The notes beneath the pieces are model-generated. The model did not search any database. It was not told where the DNA came from and saw only the letters and a program-made list of their open reading frames with translations. Positions 1 through 13,174 of a stretch of DNA of 64,000 nucleotides are shown piece by piece. A program made the translations under genes and the position numbers. The DNA comes from Cenococcum geophilum (lineage: Eukaryota), in NCBI GenBank assembly GCA_050273025.1, contig CP158635.1, forward strand, positions 16,802,001 to 16,866,000, read 5' to 3'. The stretch's first letter is position 1, and each line of letters starts with the position of its first letter.

Positions 1-94
1 AAGCTCCTTGCCCTCCCTTAGAAAGGATATAGAATAACAATTATTATACTATCTACGAACCATAGCTACGTAATATTACCTTATGTAACTAACA
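1..94 (+). mobile_element. 3' part of a Copia-type LTR (element extends left of the window)
   Basis: agaataacaattattatactatctacgaaccatagctacg...aaca closely matches the ends of the Copia LTRs at 30580-30774 and 36363-36557, and ends in CA. Confidence 0.8.
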
Positions 95-1404
95 CCTAAT
101 TTACTTTTTATTCTTAATATACTATAGATATATATTCTTTAGGTATTCCCACTACTATTATTTATTAAGCATTCTTCTATAAGGAATCTTTTTAGTTAAA
201 ATATTAAATCTTATAACTCTTTAACTTCTACTAGATACCAGCCATAGATATACTTAGTATTTTTTATACTATTACTTATCTAGCGCCTAATATATCCTTA
301 TAGGGTACTTCTAATTTTTTTCCTTTAGATTTTATATATATTATATATATTATTTATATATACAATCTATACCAATATATAATACGCTAGGTGCTTTAGG
401 TTAACTCTTAGCTCGTCTTTATCCTTAAGTTTAAACCTTTATCTAGCTAATCTAAACGTTAGTCTCTTATTTATAGGTACTATAATTTACTTCTTACTTC
501 TCTAGTCCTCTAATCTTTCTTCTAGATTTCTTAATATTATAATTAACGCTCTTTTAATATAACTTATACGTCTCTCTATAATTACTTAGTTTTAAATAAC
601 TCTCTTATCTAGCTATATATAAAAGTCTTTCTACTTATTATTATATCGCTGCCTATACTACTTTTAGTATAGCTCTATAAGCGTATATAATCTATCTATA
701 AGGAAATATTTTATTATTACTATATTATTATAATCTTTAGTATACCTTTCTTTAAATCTGGTTAGAACCCCTAGGTCCTCTTCTTATTTTAGTTCTTTAA
801 GCTACTTTACTCTTAGCGTGCCTATTCTTAGCCTATTAGTAATTTTTTGCGTAGGTACTTTAACTCTTAGTTTACCTAGTGTTCTTAACCCTTAGTAGCC
901 TCTTTATTTTTACTATGCTTTAATTTAGTTTTTAAATTCTTTTTAATCTTTTCCTAGTTTGCGTCTAGCTATAAAATCCATTAGATCTATAAATATTGGT
1001 TATATAGGATAACTTACTAATAACGACTACTCGAGTAGGTTACAGTAATGTTAGTAAATAAAGCTTATTAATTGGAATAAGGAAGGGCGAGGAGCCTAAA
1101 TCTCCTCGTTATACTAGTGCCGCACTATTATATAATAACCGCTTGCCTTATTCCCGACACTAGCAACTCTTCTTTTATAGTTGCTATCTATATATAAATA
1201 CTACTTAACTAGCGTAACAAATATCAATCCTCCTTACTTACTATTGCTATTATAATATAAGTCTCGCTGTCCTAAAATTTGCCTTTTAGCACGTAGTGCT
1301 TTCTTGCTTAAAGTTGTAGGTAAATATTATATTAGGGCCGCCAAGTCGCTAGTTATAAGCGAGCCAATAGCGATTTTCCATACCGGGCATGGAAAATCCT
1401 AATT

Positions 1405-2630
1405 TTTTTTTTTTAGGTCCATTGTATTATACTACGTACAATACTGCGCATGCAGCCTCTAGGCTATGGCGCTATAGCTCTATATACATGAATCCTTCTC
1501 AGGCAGCTTAACATATACTAGTAACTATGTCCTAGTAGTTTATAGCTACTTAGTAAAAATACTAGGTTACTAATAACTATTAGGTAATAAGAAAACAATA
1601 GAAAAGATTCTAAAAAATAAGAAATCCTAACGCCTGTCCCTGTCCTTTTGTAAATTATTTCTGTCCTTTTGCTCCCTATTATCTATCTACTAGGAGCCTA
1701 GTAGGAGTTACCTCCTTCTAAAGATCCTACTGCTATTAGCCACTTTCTAGTAACTATTCCTGTCCTGTCTAGGAATAGAAAAAGAGCTTCTCTTCCTTTC
1801 TTTGTGCAAAATAACTTCTTTAGAGAGAGAGAAGAGCCTAGTTGCCTTTGTATATTCTTTCTCTCTTCTTTATATAGGCTGCAGTCTAGTAGTAAGTGCT
1901 TAGGGGTTTATACAGCAGTATATTCTCTAAAGCATCTACCTTCTTTGTCCTTTCCTATTGTTCTAGAGAAGGATTTAAAGAAACCCTTTCCTAGTTTTAG
2001 CTGGAAGAAAGCTGATTATAGCTTTTTAGGATATCTATCCTTAGGTGCTTTAAGAGAAAAGGAATAGCTTCCTTTACAGATCCTAGTATAGTGTTTTCCT
2101 TTATTCTTGTTCTGTTGCCAATTGTTTTTCCACTATTCTAGTATCTTTTCTCTTACTACTCTCCCTATATAGGATAAAGAAGTATAAGAAGACTTTATTT
2201 TTCTTCTAGAGAGACCCTTTTTAGCTAGTTTATCTGCTATTTCGTTTTCATAAATTCCTAAGTGGCTAGGAACCCAATAGAAGTTAATAGAGATACCTTT
2301 ACTAGCTAAATAGGAGCAGCTTTACGTAATTTTAAAGACTAGTTCTTGCCCTCCTATAAGAGAATTTAGTTATAATCTTTTAATAGCCGCCTGGCTATCT
2401 ATAAAGATAAAACCTTTTTCTCTTCTAGTCTTTGTTGCTTTAGGTGTTCTAGGGCCCTATAGACTGCGTAGAGCTCTGCGTCCATAATTTCCATATAGGG
2501 TCCTAGGTTCCAATTTGTTGCATATTTAATCCTATTTCTCTCTCCTATTTTATATACGGCTGCCGCACTTAATTTGCTATCTTTAGAGCCATCTATATAG
2601 TATATATCTACTAAATCCCACTCTAGAGAA
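1405..2630 (-). mobile_element. 5'-truncated LINE (Tad1-like): RNase H, C-terminal zinc-knuckle region, 3' UTR and poly(A)
   Basis: Poly(T) at ~1403-1414 and a 13-bp TSD GAAAATCCTAATT (1392-1404, 2631-2643). Minus-strand motifs are YIDGS (~2590), WVPSHLGIYENEIADKLAK (~2220-2280) and HLLLDC (~1880-1900). Confidence 0.9.
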
Positions 2631-2956
2631 GAAAATCCTAATTAATTAGTAGAAGTTAGGGTTAGTAGAATATAACGGAATTTAGCAAGTAGCACGCCCT
2701 AGGAAACTATGTTGTTAAAATAAAGTTATAGAGCTAGTAGAGCGTAACTAGATACGGCTAGCTTAAGCAAATAGGAACGACAGTTAACCAATAGGGATAC
2801 TCTTAAATTGCCTTTATTATCGCATCTACCGGGTTATCTTAGCTACTAATCTATTAAATTCTAAAGAGTTCTTAATACTTACAGGATTATTAAAGTGCCA
2901 TAATATTAATTATAAGGCGCTTCTCCTTTACGGTACTTCTGCTGATTATTTCAAAA

Positions 2957-3160
2957 CGAACCTCTATAAGGACCTCCGCGAGAACCTCTACAAGGACCTC
3001 CATGAGGACCTCTACGAGAACCTCCGCGAGGACCTCTATAAGGATCTTCACGAGAACCTCCACGAGGACCTCCGCGAGGACCTCCACAAGGACCTCCACA
3101 AGGACCTCCGCGAGGGCCTCCACGACAACCTCCACGACGACCTCCACGAAGACCTCTACG
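2957..3160 (-). repeat. 17 x 12-bp tandem repeat, reading RGGP-like units in the Copia gag frame
   Basis: The unit is aggacctcc(a/g)cg, whose reverse complement is CGT GGA GGT CCT. The frame is fixed by alignment to the gag at ~32340-32440. Confidence 0.85.
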
Positions 3161-4972
3161 ATTGCTTTATAGTTGACATTGATCGTACTCTCTACCGTAT
3201 TCCAATTCCCCGCTAAACTTCTTTTCCTGGTCTAAATAGAGCCTTGTAAGCTCTATAAGTAACTTTAGGATGCCTCCGAGTAGCGCTTGCATTATAGGCT
3301 GCGGTAGGGATATAGAGCTTAATAGAACAGGGCGTGGTACCTAATCTTGCTATAGTAGAGTTCGAAGGTTATTAAATCGCGAAGTAGGGGGATCTTGCGC
3401 TTAAGGAGCAGTAGTCGAAGTTGTGGGTTAAATTAGTAGATACTAGGGAACTAAAGACGGAGGTAAAGGTAATAGATACTAAGGAACTAAAAATAGAGGT
3501 AGAAGCGATGGATGCGGAACTAAAGACGGAGGTAAAAGCGATAGATATAGAACGGAAGAACTTGTACCTAAAGTAATGGAATTAGGACACGTCTCTAGTA
3601 GTATATTACTTAAATTCCATTATAAGCTAAGCTTCTTTTAGTGCTTAATCTCTTATAAAGTCCATTTGTGCTCCTCCCTTATGTTAATAACATGCTCCTA
3701 AATATTATCTCTAATAATGCCCCCATCTATAGGGATAAATACTCTATTTTCCCAAAGGAAGTTACGGAAGTTTTATACAATAACCTTCTTCATAAGAGCC
3801 TATATTTCCTTTATCCATCTAATAAAGTCCTCCTTTATACAATACTATAGCATAGTATCCTCGTATTCGCTGTCTTTATAATATACTATACGGTATAATA
3901 GGAATCCATTTAGGTCCTATTGCTTAGCAATTATAGGGTTAATATCTCTGTTTTATATCTCTGGGTTAATATTATTCTCGTACTTCTTTGGGTAGGTTAA
4001 CACTATAGTAGGTATAGAATTAACGAGGTGTCGTACGTTAAAGGTAGGTAGGATTTTCGGTTTTATAGGATTTCGTAGGTTTACTGTTAAGAGGTAGGCA
4101 ATTTAAGATATTGTTTAACGCGTTTTAGACGTCGTTTAACGCGTTTTAGACGTTAACTTAAGACCCTAGGTTTAGTAACACTTCTAACCTAAAGTATAAC
4201 TAAATCTTTATAAACGCGATTGTTCTGTATAATAGACGCAACTTAGTATCTCCTAGTACTTAGTAACACTTCTATTACTAGTTTTCCGTAAGTTTAAGGT
4301 AGCATAATATCGCCGGAATCCATTCCATATAAGCGCATATAGCACCCCTATATAAGACTATCTCTTTTATTCAAAAACCTAGCTGCTCTATAGTTAACTG
4401 TATATTTAACCACTAATTAGTATTAGTTATATAGGGTAACTTATAACGGAACCTTGTAGCAAGTACTATAATAGGCTTGTTAATAGGCTAGGTATATAAG
4501 TAATGTAAATTAAAGTTAATAATGTAATAATAACTGGTAGAGTGGTTGCCTAATAGATTAACTCTAATTGTATTCTAAGAATTACTATAAGGAAGGAACT
4601 ATCTAGGTAGGGACTAAGGGTCCTTAAATACACAACCGTACTCCTATAAAATCCTCCTTATATATAATATACGTATTATACGTATTATACGTACGTTTCC
4701 TTTATATACTGCGTATATTATATATAATATTATATAACCTTAGCTACTATTCCTTATTATATAGTTTTATTAGCTCTATCCTAGACTATACCTAAATTAA
4801 CTAACTAGCTTTCTCTAACTCTTCTTTAAGTAGTTATAATATTATACTTAAAGCGTCCGTAACACTATCTCCCTCCTTTTTATCTTTATCCTTAAAGATT
4901 CTAAATATCTCTAAGTTATTTACTAGAGGTATAATATCCGTCTAATTAATTTAGTTAATATTGTTATTTATT

Positions 4973-5657
4973 ATACCTAAAGCTCTCTCTTCCTCGCAAG
5001 CGCAACGTCGTACTTATACTATTGCTATGATATTATCTCTTAGTAAGATTATATTATCTCCATATTCTCGCTATTTAAAAAAGGGGTTAGTTTATGTTAT
5101 ATTAGCGAACCTATCTTTATAATAACCGTCCTTTTACTTAAAGTATATAAAAGCAAATATTTGTTTATCCTATAACGTTCGCTCTATCTCTAATGCTAAA
5201 TATACGCAACCTATTATCCTTAATAGTCGTCTAGTTTTCTAGTTAATTTGCCTTAGGGTTTTATATTTAATCTACTACTATACAGCTAGATAGTAAACTA
5301 TCTTAGGCTCTTACTAAGTTAGAATATTCTTATAACGTAGAGTAGAAGGCTCTTAAAGCCTATATTACGGCGTCCGCTTAATTACTCCGTCTTAAAAAGG
5401 TTTATAAAAAGGTCCGCTTAAAGAAGTAAAAACTTATAAAATAAGGTCTATAGGAACTTAGTAATAAAAGAATAGATTCTCCTCTAACTAAAAAGGAAAT
5501 AGATCTAAGTAGCTCGGCAACTACTCTTCTTAGGTCCCCCTTAGGTAACTTATTCTTTAGTAATCCTTCTTTATTAACACTGCCTAACCTAATTTCTCCT
5601 AATACTCTTATACCTTTCTTATAGCATTCCTTAGGTTCTCTAATAGTTTTTAGGTAA
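4973..5657 (+). pseudogene. RIP-degraded antisense accessory gene of Gypsy A (Zn2Cys6-like plus coiled coil; inferred intron 5202-5256), copy 1
   Basis: Aligns codon for codon with 62807-63491. The start ATA, the Tyr codons at Cys positions and the internal stops are all RIP-type changes. Confidence 0.7.
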
Positions 5658-8600
5658 TCTCGTCATAGCCTATCTACTTTACTTTATACTATAATTTATC
5701 GTTAATGTCCTCGTAACTAACAATCTTTAAAACTTACTATTTATCTTCTTCCTATCCTTTATATGTGTCTGCTTTATAAACTAGTAGCTTAATATTCCCG
5801 TATATTAGCTCTAGTATTATAATATACTATATAGGGTAAATTTTTATTTTAGCTAGTAGGTTTAACTTAAACGTAACTAGTAAAATCCTTTATTTAATTT
5901 TAAAAGGTCCTAGTCTAATATAGTCTAACTTTTTACTTAGTCGTTAACTCTTAAAGTTTTTATATAGTAGCTACACTTTATCTCCCTCCTTAAGATCTAG
6001 TCCCTTAGATCTTCTAGCGTTATAGTACTTCTTTATTCTTTACTATACTATTTTTACTAATTCTATAAGGTTTATATAAAGATTTATTAACATCTTTATT
6101 CTTTCTTTAGCTATACTACTTATTTTCTTTACTTACTATAATAATAATGATATCCTTAGCTTGTATCTATAATTTGCCTTAAATAGTAATATACCTATTC
6201 CTTCTTATAGTATTATATTATATATAAACTATATAATTAGTAATAATAATACCCAATTATTCTATACGTAATTAATATAGTGCCTTAAATACTACTCTAT
6301 TGTCTAGTTTAATCTTTCTATTTAGCTATCTATCTGCGGATAATATATAGTAGAAGTTACTGCTTTAACTTTTTGTTCCGCTAAGAATACCTCTTAAAAT
6401 ACTATTATAAATCTTAAATCCCTATCCAATATAATCTTATTTAGTGCTCTATATTTTATAAACACTTCTTTAATATAAATTCTAGTAACATCCTCTGCTA
6501 ATATTTCTTCTATATATGCTATAAAGTATCCCTACTTTATAAGCTTATCTACTATTACTAAGATCGCGTTATAATCTTATCTAGTAATAGGATCTTTTAA
6601 TTTTAGTAACTTAATAATAAAGTCCTATAATATAACCTCCTATAGTCTCTCTAGTATTTTAATAGGTTATAGCCCTTTATACGGCTTATGCCTTATTAGT
6701 TTATTTCTTTAGTAATTTAAATATTCTCTTATAATTTTTTATGCTAACCCCTAGATTCTATTAATAATATATTTCTCTTAGAGTCTTAACACTAAGCCTA
6801 TAGCTCTATTATGTCCCTAAGTTATTTCCTTATAGAAATCTTCCATAAAATACTCTACTATACTTTTTAGGATATACTTTACTTCTTAATTTTCGTATAT
6901 ATCCATTTATAGATCTTCTAGTTATACTTTTAGAATTCTTTATATCTAAAAGCTCTCTAGTAACTTATAAACTTTATCCAGTTCTTCTTATATTACTATA
7001 ATTTTTAGATAATTATATCTAATTAATCCGTCTATATCTTTTCGCAGTAAAGCCCCTAATAGCTTTTTATTATTTTATAGTTTAGCCTTTTAACTTAGAA
7101 TATCTGCTTATATATTGTCTATACCTTTAGTATACTAAATCTTAAAATAGTATTTTATAAGTATCTCTGCCTATTTAACCTATCTCTAGTTAAGTTCCTT
7201 TATTATTAGGAATCCTATTAGGTTTTTATAATCCATTTTAACTATAAATAGTTTCTCTATACCTTATAAAAATGCTTTTTATTTCTTTAGTACTATAACT
7301 ATACCTAATAACTTCTTATTATAAATGTTATAGTTTAACTCTAGTAGTATTATCTTTTAACTATAATATGCCACTAGGTACTATCTATCTTAATATTTCT
7401 ATATAAAGTATACCCCTAGTATATAGTCTAATATATCTATTTCTATAACTATCTCTAGTCCTAATTAATAGATCTTAAGAACTAGCTCCTAGGTAAATAA
7501 CTCTTTAACTTTTTTAAAAAGTTCTTACTATTCCTCTCCCTATATCTATAGTTCTTCTTTCTTTATTAATTACGTAAATAGTTTAATATCCTTTAACTAC
7601 TACGCTATAAACCTTCTATAGTAATTATAAAACCCTAAAAATAATCCTATCTGCGTAATATTCTCTAGTTCTTACTAATTTACTATAGCCTTAATCTTCT
7701 TTAGATCTATACTAAGTTAGCCTAGTTTAATAATAAATTTAATAAAATTGGTCTTCCTAGTAAAGAACTTGCATTTCTTAATTGCTACTAATATCTATTC
7801 TTCTTATAGTCTCTTTAAAACCCATTTAACGTGTTCTCTATATTCTTCCTTAGTTATTAAGTAGATAATAATATCGTTAAAATATACTATAATAAATTTA
7901 TCTAAGTATTCTCCTAATATATTATTAATGCGCTTCTAAAATATTACTAGTGCGTTTATAAGCCTAAATTATATAACTAATAGTTTATATAGTCCTTCCT
8001 TTAATTTAAAGGCTGCCTTTTATTTATTACCTTCCTTAATCCTAATTTAATAGTACGCCTATCTTAGATCTATCTTTATAAAGATTTATACATTACTTAT
8101 CCTATCTTAGATTTTGCTAATTAAGGGTAAAGAATACCTATCCTTTCTAGTAATGCTATTTAACTATCTATAGTTAATATATAATCTTAGTTTACTATTC
8201 TTCTTTAGTATAAATAATACTAGATAGCCCGCTAATAACTATAATAGTCTAATATATCCCTTTTATAAGTTTTCTTAGACAAACTCCTTTAATGCTCTAC
8301 TTTCTTCTTTAGTAAGCTTATAGATTAAAAAGAACCTTAAACTTATTCCTAGTTTTAATTCTATCTTATAGTTTTATACTATATACTTTAATAGCTTTTT
8401 ACTTTCTGGTAATTATAATTTCTTATTATACTTATAGTATCTCTTTAATATATAGCTTAATCCTTTTTCTATCTCTTTATAGGTCGCCCCTACTTAGTAC
8501 TATACTAACTTAGCCTATTATTGTATTTTACGGCATTAAGTATCTCTAATATTAACCTAACCCGTAATCTAATTAATTCTTAGATTATATTCCTATAACT

Positions 8601-11600
8601 AAGGCATTTCTAGTACTACCTTATTATTCCCCAATAGTAATATATTAAAAGACATCTTAATTTATCTTCCTTTAATAGTTAACTAAATAGGTCCTATTGT
8701 AAGATTAATAATGCCTCCTCTATAGGCTATTAGGTCTTTTAAAATTATTACTAATAGATAAGGATACTCCTTTTTCCTATACGGTAATCCTATTTTTTTT
8801 AACTGCTGCTAGTAAGATATAGTTCCTTATTGCTTTACTATCTATTAATACTTTAAACTGTTAATCTTGCCACTTAATTTATAAATTTAGGTGCTATTTT
8901 TAAATTCCTTTAAGGGTTTAAGGCTCTACTATTAGTTCCCTTTAGTTTTATAGGCCTCTACTTTTCCTAACTATTAGCTACTTAATCCTATCTATACTTA
9001 GTCCATCTTTAGCCAATACTTAGTTCGCTTTTTATCTTTAATATACTATAGACATATATTTTCTAGGCATTCCTACCACTATTATCCATCTAGATATTCT
9101 TCCATAAGGAATCTTCCTAATTAAAGTATTAAGTCCCCTTAGCTTTATACTTCTACTAGGTGCTAACTATATATATACTTAACATTTTTATATCTTACTT
9201 TATCCAGTACCTAATATATCCTTACTAGGTACTTCCGGTTTTTATCTTTAGGTACTTTATATATATTATATATATTATCTATATATACAATCTATACTAA
9301 TATATAGTATACTAGGTGTCTTAGGTTAACTCTTAGCTTATCTTTATTCTTAAGTTTAAACCTTTCCCGTATTAATCTAAGCGTTATAACTTCGTTTATA
9401 GGTACTAAGATTTACCTCTTACTTCTCTAATCCTCTAATTACTCCTTTAGATCCTTTAACATTATAATTAAGGCTCCTTTAATATAACTTATAGCCTTTT
9501 CTATAATTAGGTAATCTTAAATAACTTTTTCGTCTAACTATATATAGAAATCTTCCCACTTATTGTTATATCGTTACCTATACCACTTTTAGTATAGCTC
9601 CTTAAATATATATGGCTTATTCATAAAGAAGTATCTTTTTATTACTATATCGTAACAGCCCTTTATATGTTATTCTTTAAACCTAGTTAAAATCCCTAAA
9701 TCCTCTTCTTATTCTAGTTTAATAAGCCACTTAGCTCTTAGTATGCCTACTCTAAGCCTATTAGTAATTCTTTATATAGGTACTCTATTCCTTATACGAC
9801 CTAGTATACTAAATCTCTTATTTAGTTTCTATTCTTACTATAAGGTAATTCTAACTCTAAATTCCTCTATAGTTTCTTTCTTTTCGCGTTTTATAAGTGG
9901 GTCCTTAAAGTCTTCTTACTTCTTAACCTTATTAATAGCCCTTATTTATATCTTAAAGTCTTAATTTTATAGAATTCTTAATTCTAAGCTTGCTTTTATC
10001 TTAAGCTTTACTCCTACCTTAATCTAATTAGGCTTAAGTATTCTTATCTTATCTTAAAAGTCTTAAATCTTACTTATCTCATCTTAAGAGTTTTATGCCT
10101 ATAGGAAACTCTATCCTAAGCTTATTTATATATCTTTAAACTAAGCTATTACTCTACTCCACCAATTCCCGTCTATTATAGGTCCTTAGGTATACCTTAT
10201 CTTATTTTAAGAATCTTAGTTATCTCCTATCTTATCTTAAAAATCTTAAGCCTTTAGCCTTTTGCCTTTATTAAGTAATAAAGTAGCACTAGTAGTTGTC
10301 TGCTTGCTTAGTCTTTATAAAACACTTTTCCTTTTATCTTATAAAGCGATGGATGCCGTATTTAATGGTATTATAATTCCTATTACTAATCCTTACTTTA
10401 TAGCGGTCTTAGTCTCTACTTCTAATATAACTTTTTTAAGTTTTATATATTCCTAGTAAACTACCTTTATTACCTCGTTATCTGTAAATATTTCGCCTTT
10501 ATTAAACTTATTATCTTTAATATTTAATCTATATAATAGTTTATTGGTTCCCTTATATTCTAAAGGTTTTAGCTTTTATAGCTAATAGCTTACGCTATAC
10601 TTAGCGTCTTTATAGATTTAGTATGCGTTATTATAATAAAACGCGAAACTTTTAATTAAACATTTTTTTGTTCCTTATAGTATACTATTATCCCTCTATA
10701 TATATATATCTTCTACTAGTCTAGTTCCGTTTATTATATAGTAACCCTAACTATCTTTATAATCCCTTATAAAGTAACCTTATTTCCTATAATTTATATA
10801 AGCTCCGTCTTTAAACTACTAACTTTATTATAGAGTCCGCCTAAACATCTTCTGCTACTAAGATCCCTAATTTAGCCTTTACTCCTTAATCCTATAATTA
10901 CTAAATCCTTAACCTCTAAGTTTTTATAGTTTCTTACTCTATCTCTTATAGGCTTCTTTAGTACTACTTAGGTCTATTAGCTCTACGCTATACCACAGTT
11001 TTTAACTTAGCTTTAGTTATTATATACTCTACGTCTTATATAACTATAAAACTCTATCCTAACCTCTTTTAGTCTGTTTCCTTTAGTAGATCTAATTATT
11101 AATCTTAATCGTTTAATCTATTAAATCCCGTAGGGTATCTATATCTTTTATTAAAATAATTATATCCTAGATTTTAGCCTTAAGTCCTTATTTATACTAT
11201 ACTATAAGCGCCCTATTATTTTACTTAACTTATATAGCTAATATCTAAAATTATATTATATACTTAATTACCAAGGTTTATTATATAATGTCCTAGAGTT
11301 TTCTTTCCGCTATAGTTACTACCTCTAGATCTTTAAATATTTGCGTAAGTTGTTTTATAAACCCTTCCTAGCTTAAGAATATAAAACCACACCTCTTAAT
11401 TAGTGGTCGTTATCCTATTTACCTATATTTCTATAAGGTAAGGCTTAAACTACTTAAGTGCCATTCCTAATAGGAATAGTCCCGCATATACTATTCGATC
11501 TATAGGTATTAGCAGCTTTACTCCTTCTTATATAACTTTAAAATACATTTACATAAGAAATCCTTTAAGCTTTAATCTTTCTCCTAAGTATCTCTTAATT

Positions 11601-12156
11601 AATAGTAGCTTAATCTTTACTGCTCCTATTCTATTAACCCTTTCTTCTAATACCGCATTATTTATTATTAGTTAGTTAACTATCTCTTATAGTTATCTAA
11701 CCGTTATAGGTTACTATAAGTTAGTATCTATTATACTAGTATTACCTCCTAACCTTAAAGTAGTTGCCGCCGTTAATGGCGTTATAGTAGCTACTTTTAG
11801 TAGTATATTGTTTAACTTTCTATATTTAATACCGTAACTAGGTAGTAATTATATAACAGAACCTTGTAGTAAATACTATAATAGGCTTATTAATAGGCTA
11901 GGTATATAGGTAATATAAATTAAAGTTAATAATATAATAATAACTAATAGAGTGGTTACCTAATAAATTAACTCTAATTATATTCTAAGAATTACTATAA
12001 GGAAGGAACTATTTAGGTAGGGACTAAGGGTCTTTAAATATATAACCGTACTCCTATAAAATCCTCCTTATATATAATATATGTGTTATATATATTATAC
12101 GTACGTTTCCTTTATACACTGCGTACATTATATACAACATTATATAACCTTAGCTA

Positions 12157-13174
12157 GCCGTTGAAAACGGACTCTGCACCTATACGTGGTGACGGCTACA
12201 AACCTAGTCTTCGAAGTTTAGATCTAGAGCCAACGCAGAGACGTCGCACAGCGTGCGGACAGGACCTGGTGGTGGTTGCGGGCGTTAAGGGCGGTGGTGA
12301 AAAAATTTCGGATGGTGAGATCTTAAAAACCACTACTGTTGGCCCTCTACAATACGACGACTACTACTATTCTCCTATCTAGGGCACCTGTACGATCCGA
12401 CATGGATGCATAGTATTTGATAGCATCCCCTGACCCCCAATAGAAAGCATTAACAACCTCTTATATTAACGAACGAGCGAACGTAAGCGAGTAAACGAAC
12501 GAGCAAATATACGGCCCCTTTTAACCCCTAGGGCGATCGCCCGCGGAGCATGCGGTTACTCGCCGTACTGCCGTAATACTACTGAAGCGACAGCCGGATA
12601 TAACCCCGTATGGTTTTCCTTGTCTCCTCTTAACGGAGTAGTGCCCCTAGAGAGGGCCTAGTGACTAGGGCCTAGGCATAAAAGATACCCAGGTACACAC
12701 ATCCCGCTTTTAGCTTTTAGTATTAGAATAGTAAAACGGATGAATCCCCCTTACGCCTTCGATAGGCCCTAGGGGGGGAAAGGCATGGCGTATATGGCAA
12801 TGGTTAAATAAGAGATAGTATATAGGGGATAGCCAAGATATTAGAAATAATAATAATACAGCAATTAATTAGCAAGGCCTAGCTGGGACGTAGTGAACCC
12901 TAGCTTAGATAAGCTAGAGAAGGAAGTAGTGGTTCCTAAGGAGTTCGAACATCTAAGGAGGATAGGATGTAGCCGTAGGCCCGCAGGGCCGCCGCTATAG
13001 ACGGATATAGCAAATTGGGGTTTTTTATCCTACTAAGGTGGCTTATAGGGTTTTTCCTCCCCTAACCTAACTGCAGGGTTTTCTTTATGTAAACTATAAG
13101 TTTTCCCCCTATGACGGAGTAGTCTGCGTAGGCCAGATAGGATCCGTATTAGACGTTAATTAAAGATCTACTAC
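12157..13174 (+). mobile_element. ~1.02 kb non-coding, non-LTR retroposon (SINE/MINE-like) with CTA tail, copy 1
   Basis: 16-bp TSD TATATAACCTTAGCTA (12141-12156, 13175-13190) inside the Gypsy A LTR. It ends in ctactac, and a second copy lies at 40762-41783. Confidence 0.88.

Noticed and set aside
2890..3147. 85-aa VEVL-repeat ORF
   Set aside because: It is an alternative frame of the 12-bp gag repeat running into the RNase H remnant, not an independent gene.
2957..3160. Regular repeat array as a possible CRISPR
   Set aside because: The units are head-to-tail with no unique spacers, there are no cas genes, and the context is eukaryotic.
12161..12382. 73-aa ORF in the retroposon, and the minus ORF 40749-40961 in copy 2
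   Set aside because: The first has a non-ATG start, the two are on opposite strands, and neither is preserved as the same ORF in both copies.
12157..13174. Hammerhead ribozyme or tRNA head in the retroposon
   Set aside because: I found no CTGAnGA...GAAA core and no convincing A/B boxes by eye. A covariance-model search is needed.
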